Shown here: one piece after another, positions 28,301 through 40,000 of the stretch
Numbering within the stretch: the stretch's first letter is position 1
How the letters are laid out: each line of letters begins with the position of its first letter
Virus record (IMG/VR): IMGVR_UViG_3300030708_000704
Span: 1 to 48,296 of that record
Reading direction: 5' to 3' (one strand)
Origin: a virus
Taxonomy: Duplodnaviria; Caudoviricetes
DNA: 48,296 nucleotides
Translations under genes and position numbers: made by a program
Notes under the pieces: model-generated
Seen by the model: the letters and a program-made list of their open reading frames with translations, nothing else
Databases searched by the model: none
What the model was told of the DNA's origin: nothing

Positions 28301-30510
28301 GCGGTGCTGCAGTTCTTGATTTTAGAGGATATGCATACGAAGAAGGTGTTTCAGAAAACCCTGGAGAGATCAGTCTAAAAATTCTAACTACAACTCCAAC
28401 TCTATATTATTACTCAAATAATTCTGATCCTGCATATGCAGGTGCTAGCGGTTCTCCTGGAAACGAAGCAACATTAACAATGGATGCCAACAATCCAAAA
28501 GTATTTGGATCTGGGTTTGAGTTAGATGTAATTACAGTTGGTTCTGTTGATATCATTCAGAATGATATTGCATCTGGACAATTATCAGCAACTACATTCG
28601 CAGGAACTACTGTTAATGTTGCGGATGTTACTGCTACAAATAGTGTAAATGCAACTACAGTCAACACGACTACTGTAAACGCAACTGTATTTGGAACTGG
28701 AACTGGTCTTGCGGTTTCTGGTGGTCCTATTACAATCACTGGTCCAAATCTCAATATTGGACCTAATTTAACTGTAGAAAATTCCACAGGAAATATTACA
28801 TCTTCTGGTGTTATTAAGAGTACCCAAGAGTTTAATTCTAATAATGTATTAACCATTAGCAATTCGACAATTGCTACTCTTGGATCCAATGATATTCTTT
28901 TACAACCAGCTGCTAACAGAGTTGCTAAGACAGTTGGTGACACTGCATTTGTTATTCCATCTGGTGATACTAGTCAGAGACCTGCTGCTCCTATTGCACA
29001 AGATGGTGCAATTAGATTCAATACACAGACTAATCAATATGAAGGATATAGTGCATCGTCTGCTTCTTGGTCTTCACTTGGTGGTGTTCGTGACCTAGAT
29101 GGTAACACATTTATCTTAGCAGAAGCAACTATTGGTGCAAATGACAACACATTGTACTTCTACAATGATGGTGTTAATACTGCAAAGATAACTCCAACAT
29201 ATCTAGACTTCTTCAGCGTTAAGAAGATTCGTTCTAGTAATACACTTGCTCCTGCATCCACAGAATGGAATGCAAATACTGCTGTTGCAGAAGGAGATTA
29301 CATTAAGCATAAGGAAAATATCTATGTTGTTCCTGTGGGTGGTGCTGGTACTCTTGGAACCAGTGGTAGTGAACCAGTACACACATCGGGAACTCTACCC
29401 AACGGAACTGCTCAACTTCAATATAGCACATCTGCAGTTGGAACACTCACATTTGAGGAATGCGAAGAAGTCAGAATTGGACCTACCGATTCTACTCCTC
29501 TTGTAGTTAACCAAAAACTAAGATTCTCTGGAAACACTATTTCTACAGATTCTGATGATTTGGTTATTCAACCAAACTCTGGACAGAAGACAGTTGTTAA
29601 TTCTACTAGTTCACTTGTACTACCTGTTGGTGATGTCAACCAAAAAGGTGCTGCTGTACAAGGTTCTGTTCGCTTCAATACTACTGACGGACAGTTTGAG
29701 GGATATGATGGAGCGCAATGGGGTTCTCTTGGTGGAGTAAAAGATGCTGACCAAGATACATTAATTAAAGCAGAAGTTGCTCCTGGTTCTGATGAAGATA
29801 CATTATTCTTCTTCAATGCAAATACAGAGACAGTAAGATTAACAGTCAACGGACTAGAATTTACTGGTATCGATACAATCGATGTTTCTGCTGCTGGTGT
29901 TGCTGGTGGAGAAACTCTTGCAATCAATGCAGATACAATCACTCTAGATAATAATGCAACCACAATTGATAACACAGATAGCACCAGATCCTTCTTCTTT
30001 ACATCTAGACAATACTTAGATCTTGGAGTTTCCTCTGGTATTAATAATGATCCTATTCTAAGATTAGATGATCAAGGTGATGTGTTCTTAAACACTACTT
30101 TTGGAACAGGAACATTCACAGGTGTTAAGATCTTTGATGGAGAACTAAAAGAGTTTGAACTTGCCGATTATAAGATTACTACTGGAGACCTTACATTTAC
30201 TAAGGGAACAGTAGATACAGGAGCAGTTGTTCTCTATGATCCTGCTACTGCAATTGGATGTAAAGTCACTGTTGCTGCATTAAATACTACAACAGGCGAC
30301 AAAGAATTGGTTGAGTATACCGTTATCGACGACGGTACAGATATTTCATTTACAGATTTTGGTAATGTAAAAACAGGTGCAGATTTGTTCTCTTCTTCGT
30401 TTGATTTCAATGCATCAAACAATGTAAGAGTAACAATTACTGCAGACAGCGGATTAACTGCTGGTGACAATATTATTATCAACACAACCGTAAACATCTA
30501 TAAGAGATAA
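25360..30510 (+). CDS. Large Thr/Gly-rich virion fibre/structural protein
   Basis: N-terminal RTDTFEQQRVKINEI, many GxGY beta repeats, cupredoxin-like modules and a duplicated G(A/S)(I/V)RFNT..Q(Y/F)EGY..W.SLGGV.D.D fibre motif. Confidence 0.8.
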   Translation: MPAIQVARTDTFEQQRVKINEIGTNLFNVTSGGSDLATGNLKIGDGTLAAPALAFDNEQTLGLYRPSTGVIGYVSASKLLYQLSDTGFLSYRNFIFRKNEINDAGIAITQAGQNYDPGTYNDISVIGGTGTSATLNITVGDFIGTESSGANYTPGTYSSLPIVGGSTATRSFVDFTVDDIVVDITNAGSGYTDGTYPGVSVTGGTGTSATADITVTGGVAYAGNITGGSGYTDGVYTQALRNEAKQTYVVTVSGGPGTYAYVLDGVTQPTLAFEAASTYRFDVSDASNAGHVLFLQGTGQSGTPPAGLTLTAFGTPGQQGAYVDVIVESGYSLTGASYNCVNHAAGQMGGDITFTTGTPGVFGSGAVAEITISGGALTAVNFTSTGTDYKATDVLEVPPFTVGAGTGAEFEITAVNPNGTITGVTFTSPGQNYVINDTLSVNAADVGGTGAGAIFTITSDPGQVKNFAFTAAATDYAANDVLTLATEQTGVAATLVGEDGGNTVPELSFTVADVSNIVPGSTVTVTSGSGALGAGTTLVQGIDYDTNIVTIDNNPATSGAVVLTFTPPYGNPTTPFTYTVTSVGPIESVTVGNGGVGYFDGDTLSVSATDLVQPITYPVTAIGLQQLDFASNAVTAGTFTTSQSVTGKDGTPTALSTTASTQLSANVVGPLATTLTTTVAQVTVSSTAGISVGYIVTATGTGALGANVTVASVDSGTEVTLSANPIASGAADLTFTEDLAQTYSSVATSTNSANGNSETVTVTRDSSGNVSSAISDQAGFFYAIGDTLTVAGNLVGGATPADDITLTIDAVTDLSPTQIREVNESGGFTTSILVDDGSYADNQQIVIEGSTSPQYTIATASASGGKFGYLIDSGSGPVFNPDLTLYVGNTYRFDVSDSSMSAHSFRFSQFPGGIHDNGVVDNVTSTLTAGSVNVTVASSTGILVGMAVSLDSGAGTLQSDTKVASIVDATTITVDKAPTVGGAAVLDFRGYAYEEGVSENPGEISLKILTTTPTLYYYSNNSDPAYAGASGSPGNEATLTMDANNPKVFGSGFELDVITVGSVDIIQNDIASGQLSATTFAGTTVNVADVTATNSVNATTVNTTTVNATVFGTGTGLAVSGGPITITGPNLNIGPNLTVENSTGNITSSGVIKSTQEFNSNNVLTISNSTIATLGSNDILLQPAANRVAKTVGDTAFVIPSGDTSQRPAAPIAQDGAIRFNTQTNQYEGYSASSASWSSLGGVRDLDGNTFILAEATIGANDNTLYFYNDGVNTAKITPTYLDFFSVKKIRSSNTLAPASTEWNANTAVAEGDYIKHKENIYVVPVGGAGTLGTSGSEPVHTSGTLPNGTAQLQYSTSAVGTLTFEECEEVRIGPTDSTPLVVNQKLRFSGNTISTDSDDLVIQPNSGQKTVVNSTSSLVLPVGDVNQKGAAVQGSVRFNTTDGQFEGYDGAQWGSLGGVKDADQDTLIKAEVAPGSDEDTLFFFNANTETVRLTVNGLEFTGIDTIDVSAAGVAGGETLAINADTITLDNNATTIDNTDSTRSFFFTSRQYLDLGVSSGINNDPILRLDDQGDVFLNTTFGTGTFTGVKIFDGELKEFELADYKITTGDLTFTKGTVDTGAVVLYDPATAIGCKVTVAALNTTTGDKELVEYTVIDDGTDISFTDFGNVKTGADLFSSSFDFNASNNVRVTITADSGLTAGDNIIINTTVNIYKR
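28945..29860 (+). repeat. Two diverged protein-level copies of a fibre module (about 28945-29200 and 29615-29860)
   Basis: IPSGDTSQRP..GAIRFNTQTNQYEGY..WSSLGGVRDLDGNTFILAE versus LPVGDVNQK..GSVRFNTTDGQFEGY..WGSLGGVKDADQDTLIKAE. Confidence 0.85.
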
Positions 30511-30512
30511 AA

Positions 30513-31013
30513 ATGGCAAGCATTAATAAGAATTTTGATTCTGTTGGTGGATTTTCTGTATCAGATAAAACTCTGATTAATGAAACATTTGATGTAAAAA
30601 ATGCTAACTCGTTAGAAATTAAAAATAATTTCTACACTGACAGCAATACCTCCAATTATATTCTAAGAGGTATCAATACAGGAATTTTACAACTAGATAA
30701 TGTTGGAACTCAAATTCCATTAAGAAATAGCACTGTTAGTTTTGTTACTGGACATATTCTAGGAGTCAACCCAGCAGGAACTGTTTTCAGTGGAAAATTA
30801 GAAACCTCCGTATATTGTAATGGCGTAGGAACCACGACGATTTTATCGTCTATGCTAACTATCATTAAAGATGATATTCCAGAGGGAGAGACATGGGGAA
30901 TTGAACCATTTGGAGGAACCAATCAATTTAGTTATTCTACTACCAGAGCAGGTACTACACAGAACATTAAATGGGCAGTATCCACTCAAGTTGTAAGTAT
31001 TGATTGGGCTTAA
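30513..31013 (+). CDS. Hypothetical (likely structural) protein
   Basis: 166-aa beta-rich ORF tightly packed between two fibre genes; begins NFDSVGGFSV. Confidence 0.75.
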   Translation: MASINKNFDSVGGFSVSDKTLINETFDVKNANSLEIKNNFYTDSNTSNYILRGINTGILQLDNVGTQIPLRNSTVSFVTGHILGVNPAGTVFSGKLETSVYCNGVGTTTILSSMLTIIKDDIPEGETWGIEPFGGTNQFSYSTTRAGTTQNIKWAVSTQVVSIDWA

Positions 31014-31014
31014 T

Positions 31015-31022
31015 GCTAAATA
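31015..31022 (+). promoter_or_regulatory. Late promoter variant GCTAAATA
   Basis: CTAAATA core in the intergenic gap about 35 nt before the 3565-aa gene. Confidence 0.55.
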
Positions 31023-31057
31023 TAAGATAGGAAAAAAGTCAAGGATACGCGAACACC

Positions 31058-34000
31058 ATGAGTTTTCATATTAATTCCGACAAAGAGAAAATTAGGGGCG
31101 CAAACCCTAAACTCATCGGTGATAATGAAGTAACAATTAGGGTCGGTACGGGGTCTAATGAAAGAGAAATTCTTAGATCTCAACTAGATGGTGCTACCCA
31201 GTTACCTCGTGTTGGTATTAACAGAACTGGACAAAGAGTCAATAATATTAATATATTGACAGGCGGTTCTGGATATACATCCGCTCCAAATGTTGTCATT
31301 GATCCACCACCAGCTGGTGGTGTTCAGGCAACTGGTTCTGCTTTTATTTTCAATGGCAGAGTTGTTTCTATTGCTGTCAACAATCCTGGTAATGGATATT
31401 CAGTTGCTCCAACTGTAACAATCACTGATGGCGGTGGTCAAGGTGCATCTGCAGAAGCATTCCTTGATACTGTTGACTTTGAACTTGATATTAATGGTGC
31501 TATTAGAACTTCCACCTCTATCATTTCTGATACGGCGAGAATTCTAAACCTGGATATTGATAATTTTATCACACCAGACGCTAATTTTAGAGCACCCAAC
31601 TTAAAAACATTTGCTAACAACACAGGAACCCCATGGGCTGCTAGTGTTATTGTCCAAAAAGATGCTTACAGATACTTTGGTAATAATATTTACCAGGCAA
31701 TTAATGCTGGACAAACTGGACCTAATGGTCCAGAACACCTAGATGGCATTGAACTAAACGGAGAAGTTCAATTTAAGCATATTGGTTTCAGAGTAGTTGA
31801 CTCTAATAATTACAAATATAATGAAACTGGAGAGTCTGGCGTATTTCCAAGATCTATCACACCTCTACTAGGTGATAGATCCGATAAGATTGCTACTACT
31901 GAGTATGTTCTAAACCTAGCAACCAATGATGTTGGTGGCAGAATCTATGTTTCTTCTCAGATTGGTAGTGACCTAAACGATGGTCGTTCTGCTGTAAACC
32001 CTGTCCGTACCATTAAGAAAGCGGCACAGTTAGCATGGGCAACTCCTGGTGTTAAAGAAACTCTGATTGTTTCTGGTGGAGACTATGTAGAAGATAACCC
32101 AATCTCTCTACCACCTGATGCATCGGTTGTTGGTGATAACCTTCGTCTTGTAATCATCAGACCTGCTAATCCTAAGAAGCACATCTTTAAGTTTGGTGAT
32201 AAGAACTATGTAACTGGTGTTACATATAGAGACCAAATTGACTCCAATGGCGATCCCGTTGCTACATGGGACTTCGCAATGGTGTTCGATGATAAGCAAA
32301 GAATTCTCATCGACTATGAGGCAAACGGAGACTTTGGTGTTAACTTCCCAATTGGTCACCAAATTTTTGGTCCTGATGAATTCAATGTTGTATTCCAACA
32401 GAACACAGGTTTACAGCAGTTAGTAAGTGGTAGACTGGTAAAAGGTCTAAACACGGGTGCTAGAGCAAGAGTTCTTGGAGTTGAGTTTGATGCAACAACA
32501 GGTAATAGCGCATTTATTAATGGTAAAGCAGATGTAAGACTAATCAGTGGTTCTTTCTTACAAGGTGAGCAATTTGAATATCTAACAAGTGCTAGTACCA
32601 CGGGAACAACTTATTCTTCATTAACTTCAGCAACAACAACTTCTGGTGAAAACCAATTACTTTTCACTACCAATCCCACGAATGATTTCAATGCTGGTGC
32701 ATATGTTAGACTAACTGCTTCTTCCGCAACTGCTAGTGGACAAATTATCTCTGGTGACTATGAAGTTGTTAGCATTGGTGCTACCTCTCCATATGAAGTA
32801 ACATTTGCTCCTATTTTAGGAACAACTGGATGGAATTCCGATGGAGAAACGGTAACTATCACTCAGGGTGAAGAGATTACTGTTCAGGCAGAAACATTCG
32901 ACTCTTCAGAAATCAATTCTATTAGAGCAGAAGGAGAAGTTGTATCTGTTGATGAAGATGTTACAACAACTTTACCAATTTCCAGAATTGACTTCTCTCT
33001 ACAGGGAGATCCATCTATTGCAACTGGAGGTTTCCAGAGCGCACAGTTTGGCAACGCAGAAGATCTAGGTGGTATTGTTTTCTACACAAGTGCTCTTGTA
33101 GGTAGACAGAATACTCATGACTTTAAAGAAGGTCAAGAAATTTTAATTGAAGGTCTTCCAACTTCTGGTCCTGACCTATCTTATCTAAACGGCAAGCAAA
33201 GAATTTACAAAGTTCTAGAAGACGCTGATGGTCGTTCTAGAAGATTTGTTATTCCTAAGAAAGTACCTGGAACAAATGACGCTAATTTCCAACCAGGATC
33301 TACTGCTGTTGTTAAGTCTTTCACAAGGTCAGTAACACTTTCTCTACTTAACTCACCAAACACCTTCCCAATTGCTACTGCTGTAGACAGAAGATTTCAG
33401 GATGCTTGCACATTCTTACGCAACAACAGAGAGTTTATTGCGGATGAAGTAGTCGGAAGAATTAATGACGAATTTAAGACAGATTACTATTCTGTTTACA
33501 ACATTGGTGGTCAAGCAACCGCGCAGTATACTCCTACTAATGTAACATACGATCCTGCTACTGGTGATGCAGTATTTACTGTTAACAATCATGGATTGTC
33601 GGTAGGTGATGGTGTAAGAATTGCAGATCAGTCTATCGTATTTACATGTACGATGGATGGTAACAAAACTGAGCACGCTCTTCCTGATACAGATCAGTAT
33701 GCTAGCGGCAAGTCTTTACCAATTACAGCAGCAACTACAAATACATTTACTTTGAATGTAGGTGCTTCTGGTCCCGATCAAGTATTTACTCCTTCTGGTG
33801 CTGATTATAATCCTGCTACAGGAGCTTTAGAACTAACAATTGGTGCTCACACTCTATCTGTTGGCGAAGGAATTATAATTGCTGATAATTCATTGTCCTT
33901 CACTTGCACGATGGACAATAATCAGTCTGTCAAGCAATATCCTCGTCCTGGTATTGATCCTTATGCAGGTAGGTCTATGCCTATTACTGCAGTCAGTGCA

Positions 34001-37000
34001 ACCACAATTACAGTCAATGCAGGAATCTCTGGTCCCAACAAACAGTTTACTCCAACCAATGCTACATATGACCCTGTAACAGGTGATATGACTGTCACTG
34101 TTGGGCAGCATGGTTTAGGTGTTGGACGCGGTGTTACTCTTGCGGACAATTCATTCACATTTACTTGTGCTTTAGATAACAACCAGACTACACACACATA
34201 TCCTCGTCCTGGTGTTGACCCATATAATGGTCAACAATCTATCGCAATTACTGCTGTTGGAAGCACACAGCACACAGCAACAGATGCTCCATACGATGCA
34301 GCAACTGGTATTGTAACCTTAACTGTTGCAAACCATGGATTCAGCAATGGCGATTATGTCAAGATTGCCGATGGTTCTTTGACATATACTTGCGACCTAG
34401 ATGGCAATGTTGCACAAAAATCATATCCACGCGCTGGATATGATTATCCAAGTGGTCGCTGGTTGGAAATTAGTAATGTAACTACAAATACCTTTGATAT
34501 CAATGTAGGACCTTCCTCTTACACTGGTACTCATACATTTGTAAGTGCTGCTGCAAATGGTATTGATCGTCAAGATGGTACATTTACCATTAATGTTGGT
34601 ACTTCTTCGGATACATCCGCTCACACATTTGTAAGTGCTACCGCAAATGCTATTTCTCATTCTCCACAGTCTACACATACTTTTGTAGGAGCAACTGGTG
34701 GTGCGGTACAACATCTACCTCAGTCTGCACATACATTTGTAAGATCTGACGCAAATTCCCTATCCGTTGGTGGTTCTAGTTTTGACATTTATCTAGGACC
34801 ACTAGATCATGCAAACACTTATGTTAGTGGCGGTACAGTAAAATATGATGGAACAACTGTTAATGTTACTAACTTTGTTTATGATACAGCAGTTACTGGT
34901 GTTGCAACTGTAACTACAGATGTTGCACTTCCTGGTTTAGCAGAAGACAATACTGTACAACTTGCAGACTTGTTAATTTCCTGTGATTCTGGACAGAAGA
35001 AATATCCTGCATACAGTTCTCCAACTGTAACAAATACTGGTACAAATGGAGACGAACAATGCCGTCAAGATGTTACTCACTTTATTAATGCAGTAATTAG
35101 AGACCTTGAATTTGGTTCAAACTACAATGTCATTGATGCTGCTAAAAAGTATATTGTTGATGGAAAAATTGCATATGTAGAAGATGAAATTATTCAAATC
35201 ACTCGTGCAATTGAATATGCTAGAGAAATTTGTACTTATGCTATCAGAAACTGGAGGACAGGATTAGGAACTCCTGGAGAACCAATTTATGCTCCACAAT
35301 ATTCTAGTATTACCAGATACTTTGATGACACAGTAATTACATCTACTGCTGGATCTCCAGCATGTGCTAATGTTGTTGCTGCTTTGGATACTTTAGCATT
35401 CTTGTGGATTGATGTTCTCACAAACAATGCTTCAGGAACATATCTTGATGCAGCATATCTAATTGCAAGAAACGCAGATTTGATTGCTGATCAGGCATAT
35501 CTCAATACTAAAACTCAGTATCCTTCTCTCGGTCTCGATGATATTAATGAGAGAAAGTGCCGTAGAGACATTAAGTATATCCTCGAAGGTTTAATTAGAG
35601 ACTTGGTTCTTGGTGGAAACCATGGCATTGTTTCTAATGCAGAATTCTACTTCACTGGAACTGCTTTAACTGGAATTCCAGAGGCACAAAGAGACGAAAC
35701 CATTTATGCATATCAGCAAGTAAAAGATCTTGCTATTCAAGCAATGCGTAACTGGACTGATGGTACTGCAATTGATGTAACTCCATCTGGAGCAACTTAC
35801 AATGCATCCAGTGGTCAAGTAACTGTAACTTTCCCTGATCCATCAACTCCATTAACAACATCTGATAGAATTGCATTTACAGAAGATGCACTAACATTTA
35901 GTTGCAACACTGGCAGTGGAGCACAAAATCATGCAAGTCCAAATAGATTTGACTCTAACTTCGGACAGAGTTATGCAATTACTAATGTAGTTTCTTCTGG
36001 CGGTAACACAACTGTTACATGTACTGTTCCAGACGCAGGATCTGCATCTGGTGTGGCACATACATTTGTAAGTGCTAAGACTGATGGAACTATTTTAATC
36101 TATGATCCAGTAACACTTACATCTCCAATTCCTAAGTTTGAAGATTGGAATATTCTTCTCTATAGTCCAACTCCACTCTGTGCTAATGTAGCGTCTTCCA
36201 TCACAACTTCGATGGATCTTCTAGAGGATATTCTAGATGGAACAATTCTCCCTGGTGCTACCACACAGACATATGGAACCCTTTATGATACAAATACTAT
36301 CAGACAGGAAGCAGACAGTGTAATTACTGACTTCAATAATGTCAAGGTAACTGTTCGTGCGGACTATGATGATTATCCAATCATTGAAGCATCTCCATAT
36401 ACCCAGAACGCATCTGTTATCTCCTTCCTAGGTGGTGGCGGTGCGGAAATTGATGGTAATAAGGTTAAGCAACCCAACTGTCCTTTCCCTGGTCTAGAAC
36501 TAGACGGAACAGCATCGTTCCCGAACCAAGGTAAGTCGATGGTTGCTGCGGCATTCACTATCGTTTCCTTTGGTGGTACAGGTTATAAGGTTATCAACGA
36601 TGGATATACTCAGTTGGTTTCTGTCTTTGTTATCTTCTGTCAAGATGGTGTTCTTTGTGAATCTGGTGGTTACGCATCTATCACCAACTCTGCTACAAAC
36701 TTCGGTACATATGCACTAAGAGGAACTGGTTTCCGTAAGGACGCATATACATTTGATGCTGGTACTGGAGATCCTGTTGCGGGAACTTATACCAGAGCAA
36801 CTGTTTCTCAGGTAACTTCTACTCCAACTGGTAGAACAAAACTAAGAATTACCAATCTAGGTAGAGAACCACTAGAGCACTATATCATCAAGTTTGACGA
36901 TTTTGAAAATACAAATCCTGACATTGAATACTTCATCGATGCTATTGAAGAAGTAACAGTTGGTCCTCCTTTCAGTGCTCTACTAACCCTAGATGATGGC

Positions 37001-40000
37001 ACTGGATCACCAATGGACTTGACTGATAAGTCTACTGGTCAAGCAGTTGCAACTAGCGTTCTTCTAGGAGAAGAAATTGCACTACACAGACCATCTATTG
37101 TTAACTCTTCTTCCCACACTTGGGAATTTGCAGGATCTGGTAACGACTACAACTCTCTACCAGAAAACGGTGGTGTTAAGATTGAGGCAAACGAGCAAGT
37201 TTCCGAAAACTATGGTCGTGTATATGTCTCTGGTACTGACGAACTAGGCGACTTCAAGGTTGGTACATTCGCTAGAATTGAGAACAGAACTGGTAATATT
37301 ACCTTCACGGGTACGGTTACCATCTCTGAAGTTGAATTCTTGAAACTGAAAGGTGGCGATGTTGTTGTTACTGGTTTCGATAACTCTAACACACTTGGTG
37401 GTGCTAACGCAACTGACTCTAAACTACCTACTCAAAAGGCAGTTAGAGATTATATCACCAACAACCTTGGACCATACATCAACAAACCATACTCTACGAA
37501 CGCTGTTCCTAGAGCACTGGTTGAACTAACTGACTCTGGTAAGATTTCGGTCGATCAGATTCCAGCACTAAGACCATTCAGTGTCTTCACTGTTGCTGAT
37601 GAAAATGAAAGATTAGCATTAGAAGGAGCACTTGCTGGTGATATTGCTATTCAACAGGGACTCGCCCCACTTGGATTTACTTCTAGCAACATTAACACAA
37701 CTACAGATCAGATTACAATCTTAAATCATGGTCTTACTACTTCTAAGTTAATTACTTATAAGCAAGGAAATGGAGCAACAGCACCAACACCTCTCAACGA
37801 TTCACAAGATTACTATGCAATTGTTGTTGATTCTAATACTATCAAGTTAGCAGCATCTGTTGTTGACGCAAATGCAAATACTGCAATTGATATTACCAAT
37901 GCTGGTTCTGGAAGTCATACTTTAGAACCAGAAGGATCTACACAGACATTTATTCTTAACAATGATGTAGATAGTCTATTCCTTGGATTTGCGGTAGATC
38001 CAAATCTATCGTTTACTATCGGTGATGTATTCGCTGGTAGTATCACAACAGGTCGTATTCAAGCAACTGAATATAGAACAGGCGTCGTTTATCAAATCAA
38101 TCTCACTGATGGAGGTAGTGGATATACTTCCGCACCAACAGTAACTATTACAGGTGGTAATCCTGGTGCTGGTTATGTAGAAGCAAAAGCAACTTGTACT
38201 ATTGCTAATGGAGAGGTTGTTACTGTCACAATCATTGACTTTAACGGATTCAAAGGTGGTAAAGGATACACCACACAACCATCTGTTCAATTCTCTGCTC
38301 CTCCTGGATCGGGAACTACCGCACAAGGTAATGCTTTACTTGAGAGCAGACTATATGGTGATATTGTAAACAATATCAAGATTGAAGATACTGATACTAT
38401 TGATGACAGCAATGCTGCTCCTAACACAAATACTGTTAACCTCACGAGAGTTGTTAACACTTCATCATTTGACGCTGCCAACTGGGTATCTCTATCCTCT
38501 AACCAGATTGCAGCGTCTGATATTACATCAGGTGTTATCGAAACCGACAGACTTGCCCTTGGCGGATCTGCAAACTCCTTCACATTCTTGAGAGGAGACT
38601 CTAACTTTGCTCTTGCAGTACAGTCACTTAAAGGTGCTGAAACAAGATACTTCGCTAAACTCAATAGTCAGGCAGCACAAGGCGCAAGTCAATTTGTATT
38701 CCAATCAAATTCTGATGCTCTAATTGGTCATGAAGTTGTTGCTAGTGTAACAGGAATTCAGGCAAATACAAATATCACTGGTGTTCTTACTGTTGGTGGT
38801 TTAACTACGGTTTCTTTCAACAACCCACTAACTGCCACAATTCCAATTGGAACAATCATTGAGTTTGAGCGTGGAGCATCTCCTCTATCGTTTGAATCTA
38901 CTTACACACAAGGCAACTTTGTTGATGAAGTTATCATCGCAAATGCTGGTACTGGATTTACTAACGGTCAATATTTTGATGTTGCTCTACTAGGTGGTGC
39001 AGGAACAGGACTAAAGGCAAACATTGTTGTTTCTGGAAACGCAGTTACAGAAATTACTGTTACTGATGGTGGTACTGGATACAATACAGACTTTACTGTA
39101 TCATCTGCTCCTGCGGCAATTGGTTCTGGATCTAACTTAGTTCTCGAAGCAAAGATCTCTACTGTTAATAGACAGTACGCGAATGTCTCTATGGATGTTC
39201 AGCGTGTAACTGATCTAACAATTTCTGCTGATCTATTTGGAACAGTTGGTGTTGCGAGATTTAGAAAATCACAATTCAATGTTGGACAGGAAGGAAATGG
39301 TTCTGTCACACTCAAAACTGGTCCTGATAGCGGACTCGATGCTGACTTACTAGATGGTCAGCAGGGTGCTTACTATACCAGTGCTACTAACCTATTCAGT
39401 GGAACTGTTCCATCTGATAGATTGGCAGGTAGTTACAACATTAGTATTTCTGGTTCTTCTACTAACACAATCAGACTTGCTTCTGGTACTAACAACCCAA
39501 CTTCAAACCCAACTCCAGATACATTTGTTACTGGTGTTGTTTCTAACACGGTATTCAATACCGCTATTGGTCTCAATGATGGTGGAACCAAAACTATGGT
39601 TCTCACCTTCAGACCTGCAGGAAGTGGATTTACATTCGACGGTGGTGTCAAGCAGTTGGCATTTACCGACAATGATAACATGTATCTCCGTGGTTCGGGT
39701 AGTGGAGTTCTAACATTTGGATCATGGGCAAAAGTTTGGACATCTCTAAATGATGGTGTTGGTTCTGGATTAGACGCAGATAGATTTGATAACAGACAAG
39801 GACTCTGGTATCAAAATGCACTGAACATTAACTACGGAACTTTATCTGCTACCAGACTACCTGGATATCTAGAAGAAACTGCAATTAGAGATACTATTAC
39901 ACTGAAGTCCTTCAACGGAGATCCAAAATATAGAGTATATGTTTCTGGTCTTGTTCTTGATACATCGCCAACTGGAACATTTGCTCCTAGTAATGCAGTC

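Noticed and set aside
33524-34774. Repeats considered as CRISPR or diversity-generating retroelement TR/VR pairs
   Set aside because: They are in-frame protein-level repeats with synonymous divergence. There is no repeat-spacer pattern, no adenine-specific mismatch pattern that I could see, and no reverse transcriptase or cas gene in the window.
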